A stretch of DNA of 24,356 bases from a virus (lineage: Duplodnaviria > Caudoviricetes): the IMG/VR virus record IMGVR_UViG_3300049009_000021, positions 1 to 24,356 of that record; one strand, written 5' to 3'. The notes under the pieces were generated by a model, which was given only the letters and a program-made list of their open reading frames with translations, made no database searches and was not told the DNA's origin. Below are positions 7,404-16,713 of the stretch, one piece after another; the first letter of the stretch is position 1; every line of letters begins with the position of its first letter. A program made the position numbers and the translations under genes.

Positions 7404-9157
7404 CCGTTACCGTAACTCATACCAAAGTAAGCGCAATCCCTGACGGCGCAGATACGACAGTTGTTAGACCGTCAGATTGGAACGCAACGCACACTTTAGT
7501 AGGATTAGGCACAGCGGCAGAATTAGATGCTGGTGTTGCTAATGGTGTGGCAACACTTGATGCAAGTGGCAAAGTGCCATCAAGTCAATTAACGGGCGTA
7601 GTCACAAGCGTGACGGGAACATCGCCAGTTGCATCGTCTGGAGGCGCAACACCTGCGATTTCAATGGCGGCGGCAACAGCGGTGGTTGATGGGTATTTAA
7701 CGGCTACTGATTGGTCTACATTTAACAACAAACAAACAGCGGGTGCGTATTTAACAGCGGTAACTTCTGATGCGCCGTTAACTGGCTCAGGTACGTCAGC
7801 AAGTCATTTAAGCATCCCTGCGGCTACTGCCTCTGTTAATGGATATCTAACTTCGGCAGATTGGACTACCTTTAATTCTAAGGGTTCAGGCACAGTTACT
7901 TCTGTATCTGCAACGTCACCAGTTACTTCTAGCGGCGGTGCAACCCCAACAATTGCAATTCCTGCGGCTACAATGGCTGTTAATGGTTATTTAACGTCAG
8001 CTGATTGGACTACGTTTAATAATAAGGGTTCTGGCAGCGTTACAAGCGTAGCTGCAACTGTTCCATCCTTTTTAAGCATTACTGGCACGCCAATTACAAG
8101 CTCAGGAACGCTTGCTATTAGTTATAGCGGAACGGCGTTGCCAATTGCTAACGGCGGCACAGGCTTAACAGCATTGGGTACAGGCGTACAAACGGCTATC
8201 GGTGTCAACGTTGGCACAGCGGGTTCTTTTGTTGTCAACGGCGGTGCGTTAGGTACGCCATCTAGCGGTACGGTCACTAACCTGACGGGTACGGCATCAA
8301 TTAACATTAACGGTACGGTTGGGGCTACGACACCAACAACAGGTGCATTTACAACTTTATCTGCAACTGGAGTGACTACTGTTCAAGCTGGAACGGCTGC
8401 ACTTCCCGCTATTGTGTCTACGACTGGTACAGCCGACACAGGCATATTTTTCCCCGCTGCGGATACGGTTGCTGCAAGTACGGCTGGCACTGAGCGGTTG
8501 CGTATTGACTCTAGTGGTAATGTGGGGATTGGGACGAGTTCGCCAACTGCTCCATTGGATGTAAAAGTAGGTACAGGCAACTTTAGTGTTGGCTTGCAAG
8601 GTACTGCAAATGCACAATTAACCGCATCGGGCAATATGCGTTTTAACACAACCGCTGGAACAACTATATTTGCTCAAAACACTACAGAAAGTATGCGTAT
8701 CACCACAAGCGGCAACGTGGGAATTGGAACAGCAAGTCCAAATTACAAACTTGAAATCAGCACCGACTCCGCTGGAAAGCCGGGTGTAGGTGGATTGTGG
8801 ACGGTTGTTTCGGATGAGCGTATTAAATCCAACATTGTTCCTGCAAACCTTGAACGTTGCTATGAGATTGTAAAGTCAGTCCCGCTTAAACATTTTGGCT
8901 TTGCTGAAGGTGTTTACAGCGATGACCAGATTCAAGATAAACACAATCTTGGTTGGATTGCTCAAGACGTTCAAAAGGTATTTAAGAACGCCGTATCGGT
9001 CAAACCGTTTACCCCAGCTACAGGTGATGTTATTGAGGACTGCCTTGACTTAAACGGCGGGCAGATGATTGCAGCATTGTATGGTGCTGTGCAAGCATTG
9101 ATGGCAATCGTAGACACCCAAGCTGACCGCATAGCTGCATTAGAAAAAGGCATATAA
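7400..9157 (+). CDS. Fibre/spike protein with C-terminal intramolecular chaperone (peptidase S74) domain
   Basis: Thr/Ser/Gly-rich, with three ~49-aa repeats, two RI.SSGNVGIGT repeats, SDERIKSNI autocleavage motif, GWIAQDVQKVF and a terminal coiled coil. Confidence 0.85.
   Translation: MTVTVTHTKVSAIPDGADTTVVRPSDWNATHTLVGLGTAAELDAGVANGVATLDASGKVPSSQLTGVVTSVTGTSPVASSGGATPAISMAAATAVVDGYLTATDWSTFNNKQTAGAYLTAVTSDAPLTGSGTSASHLSIPAATASVNGYLTSADWTTFNSKGSGTVTSVSATSPVTSSGGATPTIAIPAATMAVNGYLTSADWTTFNNKGSGSVTSVAATVPSFLSITGTPITSSGTLAISYSGTALPIANGGTGLTALGTGVQTAIGVNVGTAGSFVVNGGALGTPSSGTVTNLTGTASININGTVGATTPTTGAFTTLSATGVTTVQAGTAALPAIVSTTGTADTGIFFPAADTVAASTAGTERLRIDSSGNVGIGTSSPTAPLDVKVGTGNFSVGLQGTANAQLTASGNMRFNTTAGTTIFAQNTTESMRITTSGNVGIGTASPNYKLEISTDSAGKPGVGGLWTVVSDERIKSNIVPANLERCYEIVKSVPLKHFGFAEGVYSDDQIQDKHNLGWIAQDVQKVFKNAVSVKPFTPATGDVIEDCLDLNGGQMIAALYGAVQALMAIVDTQADRIAALEKGI
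7670..8026 (+). repeat. Three degenerate coding repeats (AAT..V.GYLT..DW.TFN.K), period about 144-150 nt
   Basis: Copies at about 7670-7732, 7820-7882 and 7964-8026. Confidence 0.85.
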
Positions 9158-9520
9158 ATGTTTGTCGCTTTTCAAATTGATGCGTTTGAAAATGATGCGT
9201 TTCAAGTAAGCGACACTATTGTTTATTTTGATACGCACGATGGCGGCAAACGCAAAAAAGACGAAGAAAAATACCGTAAGCAAGAGGCAGCAAAGGCAAA
9301 AGCAAGGCGTGATGAAGTATTAGCGTTATTTGAGCAAATAGTTGAAGGCAAACCAAGGATTGCAGAGGTAATTGCAGAGCCGTTTGTACTGATTGAGGCT
9401 ACGATTGAAGCACCGGCGATAATTGATTACGAGGCAATGCTTGCTGATATTGCACGGGTTGAACAGATTTATAGTGCTTATATTGACATGGATGACGAGG
9501 ACGTTTTATTACTGCTATGA
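9158..9520 (+). CDS. Hypothetical phage protein
   Basis: 120 aa ORF abutting the upstream stop. DTHDG motif and acidic DDEDVLLLL end. Confidence 0.7.
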   Translation: MFVAFQIDAFENDAFQVSDTIVYFDTHDGGKRKKDEEKYRKQEAAKAKARRDEVLALFEQIVEGKPRIAEVIAEPFVLIEATIEAPAIIDYEAMLADIARVEQIYSAYIDMDDEDVLLLL

Positions 9521-9837
9521 AAAAAACTTACATATACGTTAATGGCGAACTGGTCGAGAAAGGCTCAAAAGAGCATTACGACAGCCTCGGCCCAATGGTA
9601 ATGCCAGACATTCAACCCTACAAATCCATGATTGACGGGTCAATGATTACGAGCCGGTCAATACATCGGGAACACTTGCGCCAACATAATTGCTTTGAAG
9701 TAGGCAATGAGAAGATGGAAACCAAGTTGCCACCGCCTGTTGACACACGCAGGGAAGTCATGCGGCAGCAGCTGGCGAACATGACGCACAAACAGGCAAA
9801 CCAAGTTCTTTCACAACTACGCCGTAAATTTACCTAA
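9517..9837 (+). CDS. Hypothetical phage protein of the head module
   Basis: MPDIQPYKSMIDGSMITSRS.HREHLRQHNCFEVGNE motif. ATGA overlap. Confidence 0.75.
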   Translation: MKKTYIYVNGELVEKGSKEHYDSLGPMVMPDIQPYKSMIDGSMITSRSIHREHLRQHNCFEVGNEKMETKLPPPVDTRREVMRQQLANMTHKQANQVLSQLRRKFT

Positions 9838-9843
9838 AGGGGT

Positions 9844-10764
9844 ATGCAATTGGAAAATACTGAACAGCCAGATCGTCGAGAATTACTGTCACAGCAGTTC
9901 GATGAGGTTCAGAATGAAGCACCAGTCGAGGCAGTAAAGACGCAGGAACAACCCAATCTTGAGCCACCGGCAGAGCCACCAGTTTGGGAACGACCACCAG
10001 CATCGTGGAAGAAGGATTATCACGAAGCGTGGACTACAGCTGATCCAAAGCTAAAAGAATACGCTTGGAAACGTGAAGAAGAAATGAGAGCAGGGGTTCA
10101 GCCTTTGCTTACTAAAGCTCAATATGCTGACCAAATGCAGCAAGCCATTGAGCCGTACATGAATAACATCCGTGGTTTAGGCATTGAAGCACCACAAGCG
10201 GTCAAAGCCTTGATGGAGGCTGATAACGTCTTGCGCCACGGTTCGCCACAGCAGAAACAAGCATATTTTGCACAATTAGCTCAACAGTACGGCATCAACA
10301 TGAGCGATGTGCAGATTCAGCCTACTGATCCTAACTTTTACGCCATTCAAAACGAGCTTGCACAAGTTCGTGGCGAGGTGTTAAATTGGAAGCAAGCGCA
10401 GGAAAATGCACAGAATGAAGCGCTTTTGAGCGAAATTAACCAGTTTCAATCAAAAGCAGAGTATTTTGAGGAAGCTCGTCCAACAATGATCCAACTGCTT
10501 AACAGCGGTGTGGCAAAGGACTTGGATGATGCGTACCAAAAGGCAATACGCCTAGATAACGACCTGTTTACAAAACATCAGCAAGCCTCACAGGGTCAAG
10601 CAGATGCAGCGAAACGGGAACAATCGAACAGGGCAGCGAAAGCGGCTCGGGCGGCAGCGGTCAGCGTTAAGTCCTCCACACCAGGGGCGGCAACGAGTAC
10701 CAAAGCGCAAGATAGGCGTTCATTATTGATGGAACAGTTTGACAATCTTAATGAGCGTTTTTGA
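9844..10764 (+). CDS. Putative capsid scaffolding protein
   Basis: Acidic Pro-rich N-terminus, PPASWKKD motif, helical body. Directly upstream of the MCP. RBS AAGGGG. Confidence 0.7.
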   Translation: MQLENTEQPDRRELLSQQFDEVQNEAPVEAVKTQEQPNLEPPAEPPVWERPPASWKKDYHEAWTTADPKLKEYAWKREEEMRAGVQPLLTKAQYADQMQQAIEPYMNNIRGLGIEAPQAVKALMEADNVLRHGSPQQKQAYFAQLAQQYGINMSDVQIQPTDPNFYAIQNELAQVRGEVLNWKQAQENAQNEALLSEINQFQSKAEYFEEARPTMIQLLNSGVAKDLDDAYQKAIRLDNDLFTKHQQASQGQADAAKREQSNRAAKAARAAAVSVKSSTPGAATSTKAQDRRSLLMEQFDNLNERF

Positions 10765-10784
10765 TAACCTAATCGGAGATTACT

Positions 10785-11032
10785 ATGGCATTTGCCAATA
10801 GCTCGATCAGCGACATCATTGCGACTAACATTCAAAGCCGCACCGGTGAACTTGCTGACAACGTAACAAACAACAACGCTTTACTGCGCCGTTTGAAAGA
10901 ACGTGGCAACGTAAAGACGTTTTCTGGCGGTAACGTAATTTTGCAAGAAATTATGTACCAGGATGCCGCAACCGACAATACTAATAGCTATTCAGGCTAT
11001 GAAGTTTTGAACGTTTCGCAAAACAGTCCCAT
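10785..11032 (+). CDS. Major capsid protein, exon 1
   Basis: RBS GGAG. MAFANSSISDIIATNIQSRTGELADNVTNNNALLRRLKERGNVKTFSGG...YSGYEVLNVSQNSPI. The frame runs into the intron and stops at TAG 11052-11054. Confidence 0.88.
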
Positions 11033-11292
11033 TGACGAATTAGTGGCTTTGTAGAGAAATCTGCATCGAAAAACTTTGTGAATTCGGTGAAACTCTGACC
11101 ATTAAGTTGAAGACAATACCGAGCCAAGCCCAGAGATGGGAAGGTGTAACGACTAGGGTGTGACTACCCGTAGAGCCAAGTGGCTCGAAGTGCAAAGAAC
11201 CCTACGGGGTTGTGAGATAGTCTGCTCTGCATAGAAATATGCAGCAGTCCGAAAGGGCGGCAAGGGATTAACGAAACCTTGTGAACATTTGG
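11033..11292 (+). ncRNA. Group I self-splicing intron, subgroup IA2-like, ORF-less (260 nt)
   Basis: P1 with U11032.G11043 wobble. P3 CUUUGUG (11074-80) with UGCAAAG (11191-97). P4 UUCGGU with ACCGAG. P7 GACUA (11151-55) with UAGUC (11218-22). P2, P6a, P7.1, P7.2, P8, P9, P9.1 and P9.2 hairpins. Terminal G11292. Excision restores the reading frame. Confidence 0.93.
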
Positions 11293-12046
11293 TAGTGCGG
11301 CACAGTTCAGTATCACCCAGTACGCTGCGGCAATTTCGATCAGCGGTCTGGAGATGATTCAGAACAGCGGAAAAGAAGCAATCATCGACTTGCTAGATGG
11401 TCGCATGATGGTTGCCGAAGCACAATTGGCTAACCGTATTTCGGGTGACATTTACCTAGACGGTACAGGGAACTCCGGGAAAAATATCACCGGACTCGGG
11501 GCCGCAGTCCCGGACGCACCAAGCACAGGCACATACGGCGGCATCAATCGTGCATCGTTCTCGTTTTGGCGTTCGGCTAAGTTCTCAGGCGTGACAGATG
11601 GCGGTTCGGCTACTTCAGCATCAAACATCCAGTCGTACATGGATGCTCTTGCTGTTCAGCTGATTCGTGGAACTGACAAACCTGATCTGATCGTTTGCGA
11701 CAACAACTATTACAAGCTGTATTTGCAATCGTTGCAGTCAATTCAACGCATTTCAGACGGTGGCAATTCGTCAGTTGGCGCAGGCTTTGCATCGTTGAAA
11801 TACTACGGCGCTGGCATGGCATCAGATGTGATCTTGGACGGTGGTATCGGTAACGATGCAACTGCCAATCATATGTGGTTCTTGAACACCAAATACATGA
11901 TGTTCCGTCCACACGCTGATCGTAATTTCGTGCCAATCGGCGGCGAACGTCAAGCTGTTAACCAAGACGCTATCGTTAAGCTCATCGGTTTTGCCGGGAA
12001 CCTCACATCTTCAGGCCCGCAATTCTGCGGCGTTCTGATCGCTTAA
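11293..12046 (+). CDS. Major capsid protein, exon 2 (spliced product 333 aa)
   Basis: The frame is open upstream of ATG 11354 and reads SAAQFSITQYAAAISISGLEMIQNSGKEAIIDLL...DGTGNSGKNITGL...GGI.R. Exons of 248 + 754 nt give 1002 nt. Confidence 0.88.
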
Positions 12047-12057
12047 AGGAAACCATC

Positions 12058-12591
12058 ATGGCATATACATTTGACGAACCTCGGATCGGGGTTTTAAATA
12101 TCGATCAAACGGACTCCGGTGTTACAACCGCAGGCGGCACGACTATTCCTACGCCCCCAGCTGTTCTCGGCACTATTGTTCGTGCATTTGATCCAACCTA
12201 CGGCGAGGGTGAGTTCATCCTGTTGTTAGGCGTGGCATCAACTGTTGTTGGTTCTGTTGTGCGCTACAACGCTACAACTTACCAAACAACTTTGGTTGTC
12301 AACACCGCCGTTCAAGACGTACCTGTCGCAGTCGCTATGTCGGCTTGTACAGCGGGTCTTTACGGTTGGTATCAAATTGCTGGTAATGCAGTCATCAAGA
12401 AAACAGCCGTTACCGTTGCACCTAACGTTACTCTGTTCTTGTCGGCTACAGCTGGTCGTGTGAAAGTCTTGGCATCTGCCGGTCTGCAAGTTGTTGCTGC
12501 ACGTTCAGCCAACTTGACTACCGTCACTTCTACGACTTCAACCATTACCGTTACCATCAACCGTCCACATCTCCAGTCACAGATCACCTAA
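12058..12591 (+). CDS. Putative capsid decoration/cement protein
   Basis: Directly after the MCP, RBS AAGGA. DPTYGEGEFI and YGWYQIAG motifs. Thr/Val-rich. Confidence 0.6.
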   Translation: MAYTFDEPRIGVLNIDQTDSGVTTAGGTTIPTPPAVLGTIVRAFDPTYGEGEFILLLGVASTVVGSVVRYNATTYQTTLVVNTAVQDVPVAVAMSACTAGLYGWYQIAGNAVIKKTAVTVAPNVTLFLSATAGRVKVLASAGLQVVAARSANLTTVTSTTSTITVTINRPHLQSQIT

Positions 12592-13359
12592 ATGATTGAA
12601 GCTGTACTTGATGTTGTAGGGAACACAGAGCCTGACGTTTTGTTGGGCAATGTGCAGCGATCCGTAAAAAGGTCGCTGCCTTGGTTTGATTTTGACGAGT
12701 CATCCCAAGGCAGCGTCTGTCTTGTTGGTGGTGGGCCAAGTTTGGTTGACACGATTGACCAGTTAAAAGCCCGTCATCAAAACGGCGCTAAAGTTTGGGC
12801 AATGAATGGCTCTTACGATTATTTGGTTAAGCAAGGCATTGTGCCTGACGCAATGGTTATGCTTGATGCTCGACCAGAGAACGTAAGGTTTGTTCAAAAT
12901 CCATACGCAGCAACAACTTTTTATATTGCTAGTCAATGTGACAATTCGGTATTTGAGGCTTTAAAACAAGATCATGTTGTATTGGTACACGCCAATACGC
13001 CTGGCGTTTATGAGTTGCTTGAGCATGAAAAGGCTCGACCAGTTCATCTGATGGGCGGGTTTACAACTGTTGGCATCTTGTCGTTGATATTGGCTAAGTT
13101 GCAAGGCTTTCAGCGTATCTTTATGTTTGGCATGGATTCAAGTTACCGTAATGGCGAACACCATGCTTATAAACAAGAAAGTAATGACGCAGAACGTGTA
13201 ATTGACGCTATGATTAACGATGTGACGTACAAGTGTGCGCCGTGGATGGCACAACAGGTGACAGATTTTCAGAATGTCGTAGCAGGCTTTGGTGATGTTA
13301 CGATTGAAGTATGTGGCGATGGACTTTTGCACGAAATGGCAAAAGCGATGAGTAACTAA
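12592..13359 (+). CDS. Maf/MptE-like (DUF115-type) transferase
   Basis: VCLVGGGPSL, WAMNGSY.YL...GIVPD..VMLD, GGFTTVG and GFQRIFMFGMDSSY motifs. Confidence 0.7.
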   Translation: MIEAVLDVVGNTEPDVLLGNVQRSVKRSLPWFDFDESSQGSVCLVGGGPSLVDTIDQLKARHQNGAKVWAMNGSYDYLVKQGIVPDAMVMLDARPENVRFVQNPYAATTFYIASQCDNSVFEALKQDHVVLVHANTPGVYELLEHEKARPVHLMGGFTTVGILSLILAKLQGFQRIFMFGMDSSYRNGEHHAYKQESNDAERVIDAMINDVTYKCAPWMAQQVTDFQNVVAGFGDVTIEVCGDGLLHEMAKAMSN

Positions 13360-13374
13360 ACTTTAAGGATTATC

Positions 13375-13737
13375 ATGGCATTTCCATCAAGAATTATGGG
13401 CGCAGGCAATTCATCGTTAACTGCACAAGTAATCTGTGGCGAAGGCGCTGTCGGCCTAGTCGCACTTGGCACAACCGCAGCAGACGCTTTGCAGCTAAAC
13501 GTGTCAAACAACACGATTACGACTTCAGCAGCATCGACTGGCGTTAAGTTGCCACCATGCGAAGTTGGTGCAGAAATGATTATTCGTAATGATTCGGGTC
13601 AGACAATTACCGTCTATCCTTTTGCAACAACGACTACAATGAACGCAGCTGCGTCAAGTGTTACGCTTGCAACGGCTAAAACAATGTTGGTAAAAGCAAC
13701 TTCCGCAACTACATGGGTAACATTAACAGGGGCTTAA
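13375..13737 (+). CDS. Hypothetical virion protein
   Basis: 120 aa, Ala/Thr-rich, GVKLP..IRND....TVYP. RBS AAGGA. Confidence 0.65.
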   Translation: MAFPSRIMGAGNSSLTAQVICGEGAVGLVALGTTAADALQLNVSNNTITTSAASTGVKLPPCEVGAEMIIRNDSGQTITVYPFATTTTMNAAASSVTLATAKTMLVKATSATTWVTLTGA

Positions 13738-13738
13738 A

Positions 13739-14275
13739 TTGGCTTTAGACAGCGATATTCACAGCGCAGACAACCATTTGCACGTTGAATTTTACGTTTA
13801 CGACAAAGAACCGTATAAAGAAAAGCCGTTTGTTAGAATTACAGTACCAGGCGATAAAACGAACATTGTTGACCAACCCGTTCGGGAAGATCACAAAAGA
13901 CGTTTTCCACGCCAATGGTTGCACTTTCAGATGCAAAACAACAACGCTGAAGTTATTGGCGTACCGTTGGAACAATGGGTAAAAGACGATCCTGAAAACT
14001 TTAACGATATGCAGATGGCAGAATTGCAAATCTTTAAGTTCCAGACAGTTGAGCAAGTTGCTACCGCTACCGATAACCAATTGCAGCGTATTGGCATGGG
14101 TGCGATGGGCTTGCGAGAGTTGGCAAGGCGTTATTTGCAAGTTAAAAACCAATCTTCTAGTCAAACTGAGATTGAACACACCAAGCAGGAACTTGCTCAA
14201 GTCAAAGAGCAAATGGCGGCTTTGATGGCTCAGTTGTCGGAAAAGAAGGTTGGGAGGCCAAAAAAAGAGGAATAA
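13739..14275 (+). CDS. Hypothetical phage protein with HhH-like segment and C-terminal coiled coil
   Basis: TTG start. TVEQVATATDNQLQRIGMG segment and KKVGRPKK end. Confidence 0.7.
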   Translation: MALDSDIHSADNHLHVEFYVYDKEPYKEKPFVRITVPGDKTNIVDQPVREDHKRRFPRQWLHFQMQNNNAEVIGVPLEQWVKDDPENFNDMQMAELQIFKFQTVEQVATATDNQLQRIGMGAMGLRELARRYLQVKNQSSSQTEIEHTKQELAQVKEQMAALMAQLSEKKVGRPKKEE

Positions 14276-15184
14276 ATGTCATCAACGATGCTACAGCTAG
14301 TCACCCAAGTTACCAATGAATTGGGTGTATCAACGCCAACTACTGTGGCATCGAATACGAACCAAGATGTAATTCAAATCTTGGCTTTGATGAACGCTGC
14401 TGGTTATGAATTCTTGCGAAAACATGACTGGCGGGAATTAACTAAACAACACATATTCACCACAGTCTTTACCGTAACAACGGGCGATGTGGTTGAAAAT
14501 ACATATACGATTACCAACATCCCATCGACTGCGGGACTCGATACAACGTATCAAGTCGTAGGTAACGGCATTTCAAATGCTTGTTACATTGAATCTGTTG
14601 ATTCAGCTACGCAAGTTACCGTTAATCTACCCTCCACAGGGACGTATGTGGGCACTTCAATCACTTTTGAAAAAGTGAAGTATGACTTGCCCGCAGATTA
14701 CGAATCAACTGTGCCACGAACCCATTGGGACAAATCCAAACATTGGGAAATGCTCGGTCCAGAAAGCCCACAGCAATGGGAATGGCTGTTGTCGGGCTTT
14801 ATTTCGACTGGCCCACGGATTCGTTGGCGCTTGCTAGGCAAATACTTTCAAATTTGGCCTGGCGTTTCGACTAACGAGCTTTTAGGCTACGAGTATCGGT
14901 CAAAAGGTTGGGCATTATCGTCAACTGATGTTGTAAAGAATTCATTTACTGCCGATACAGATACTTGCATTTACCCAGATCGACTAATGGTATTGGCTAC
15001 CAAGCTCAAGTATTTTGAGGCTAAAGGCTTTGATACCACAGCAATGTATCGCAACTATATCGAGGAATTTGAGATTGTTCGGGCGCAGGATACGTCAGCG
15101 GCCAACTTGTCGTTTGCACCACGCCCAGGCACAGTCTTAATCGGCTACGACAACATTCCTGATACTGGCTACGGGACAAACTAA
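14276..15184 (+). CDS. Putative head-tail adaptor protein
   Basis: Helical N- and C-termini with a beta-rich insertion. Position between the capsid genes and the nozzle. Confidence 0.6.
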   Translation: MSSTMLQLVTQVTNELGVSTPTTVASNTNQDVIQILALMNAAGYEFLRKHDWRELTKQHIFTTVFTVTTGDVVENTYTITNIPSTAGLDTTYQVVGNGISNACYIESVDSATQVTVNLPSTGTYVGTSITFEKVKYDLPADYESTVPRTHWDKSKHWEMLGPESPQQWEWLLSGFISTGPRIRWRLLGKYFQIWPGVSTNELLGYEYRSKGWALSSTDVVKNSFTADTDTCIYPDRLMVLATKLKYFEAKGFDTTAMYRNYIEEFEIVRAQDTSAANLSFAPRPGTVLIGYDNIPDTGYGTN

Positions 15185-16713
15185 TGGCAAGCCGACTTGT
15201 TCAAGGTACAGCGGCACGGGTTCAATCATTGCCTGCGCCTATCGGTGGTTGGAACGTGCGGGACTCTATTGCAAACATGGATACGCTCGATGCCGTCCAG
15301 TTGACTAACTTTTTTCCAACTGTCAACAACGTAGTGTTGCGTGGTGGCTATACAAAGTATTCAACAGGTATTACAGGTCAAGTTCAGACTTTAATGTCGT
15401 ACTCAAGCGGTGCGAATAATGAACTGTTTGCTATTGCTGGCACATCTATTTTTGATTGTACGCTCGGCGGTGCGGTAGGCGCAGCTGTAAGAACAGGGCT
15501 AACAAACGCTCAATGGGAATACGTCAACGTCACAACAGCTGGTGGCGGCTACCTCATGGCGGTCAATGGTGTGGATGCACCGTTGCTTTATGACGGATCG
15601 GTTTGGACAAACCCAACTATTACTGGCGTAACTGCAAGCACGTTGAGCAATATCACTACATTTAAAAACCAAGTTTGGTTTACGCAAAACGCAACGTTAA
15701 AAGCATGGTATTTGCAAACTTTAAGTATTTCAGGTGCAGCTGCCGCAATTGATATGAGTTCGGTTGCTCAACTTGGCGGCTATTTAGTCGCTGTAGGAAC
15801 TTGGACGCTTGATGCAGGTTACGGAGTAGACGATAACCTAGTGTTTATAACTTCCAATGGCGAGGTCATTGTTTGGGCGGGTACTGATCCATCAGACGCT
15901 ACAAAATGGGCGCTAGTGGGCGTTTGGAGGCTTGGTAAGCCCGTTGGCAAACGATGCCTAATTAAATACGGCGGTGACATACTAATTTTGACTTACAACG
16001 GTTTATATCCACTTGCGGCAAGCCTGCAATCATCAAGACTTGATCCAAGAGTTGCATTATCAGACAAAATTCAAGGTGCATTTAACGCTGCAACGCAACA
16101 ATACGGTGGAAATTTTGGGTGGGATATTACTTTTGATCCACAACGCAATGCTTTAACGGTCAATGTGCCTGTTGCTGAAGGGCAGCAACAGCAATATGTA
16201 ATGAACAATATTACAAAATCATGGTGCAACTTTACGGGTCAATACGCTAATTGTTGGGTAATTTTTAACAATGAATCGTATTGGGGTGGTAACGGATTTG
16301 TTGCTCATGCGTGGGATGACAATTTTGCTGATGACACAAGTGACATAAATGCTTATGCGTTGCAAGCGTTTAATTATTTTGATGCCCGTGGGTACAAAAA
16401 GTATTTCACTAGAGCTAGACCGTCGATCTTTACAAACGGCACACCGTCAATCTTCATTGGTTTAAACATGGATTTTGACTTGGCAGACACAACTGCGGCG
16501 CTAAGTTTTAGCCCACAAGTATCCGCTAAATGGGATACGGCTTTGTGGGATGTGGACTATTGGGCTACAGATACGGTAATCACAAACAATTGGCAAGGCG
16601 TAACTGGCATTGGTTATTGCGCTGGCACACAGTTTAAATCAGCCTCTCAAGGAACGACAATTCTATGGGCATCAACGGACATTGTTTACCAACAAGGTTG
16701 GGGTGGCATATAG
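15184..16713 (+). CDS. Putative tail nozzle / packaged-DNA stabilisation protein (P22 gp10-like)
   Basis: 509 aa, beta-propeller-like. LPAPIGGWN.RD N-terminus and WD.ALWD..YW near the C-terminus. Follows the adaptor. Confidence 0.65.
   Translation: MASRLVQGTAARVQSLPAPIGGWNVRDSIANMDTLDAVQLTNFFPTVNNVVLRGGYTKYSTGITGQVQTLMSYSSGANNELFAIAGTSIFDCTLGGAVGAAVRTGLTNAQWEYVNVTTAGGGYLMAVNGVDAPLLYDGSVWTNPTITGVTASTLSNITTFKNQVWFTQNATLKAWYLQTLSISGAAAAIDMSSVAQLGGYLVAVGTWTLDAGYGVDDNLVFITSNGEVIVWAGTDPSDATKWALVGVWRLGKPVGKRCLIKYGGDILILTYNGLYPLAASLQSSRLDPRVALSDKIQGAFNAATQQYGGNFGWDITFDPQRNALTVNVPVAEGQQQQYVMNNITKSWCNFTGQYANCWVIFNNESYWGGNGFVAHAWDDNFADDTSDINAYALQAFNYFDARGYKKYFTRARPSIFTNGTPSIFIGLNMDFDLADTTAALSFSPQVSAKWDTALWDVDYWATDTVITNNWQGVTGIGYCAGTQFKSASQGTTILWASTDIVYQQGWGGI

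Noticed and set aside
11052-11054. Stop-codon readthrough or an alternative genetic code explaining the split MCP
   Set aside because: The two halves are in different frames (260-nt insert), and TAG ends other genes normally, e.g. the HNH gene.
11227-11258. Hairpins as a rho-independent terminator or tRNA
   Set aside because: No U-tract or cloverleaf. They are explained as intron P9/P9.1.
11354-12046. Independent 230-aa capsid gene starting at ATG 11354
   Set aside because: MCP-like coding continues upstream to 11293 and joins exon 1. A GGAG directly abuts this ATG, too close to act as an RBS.
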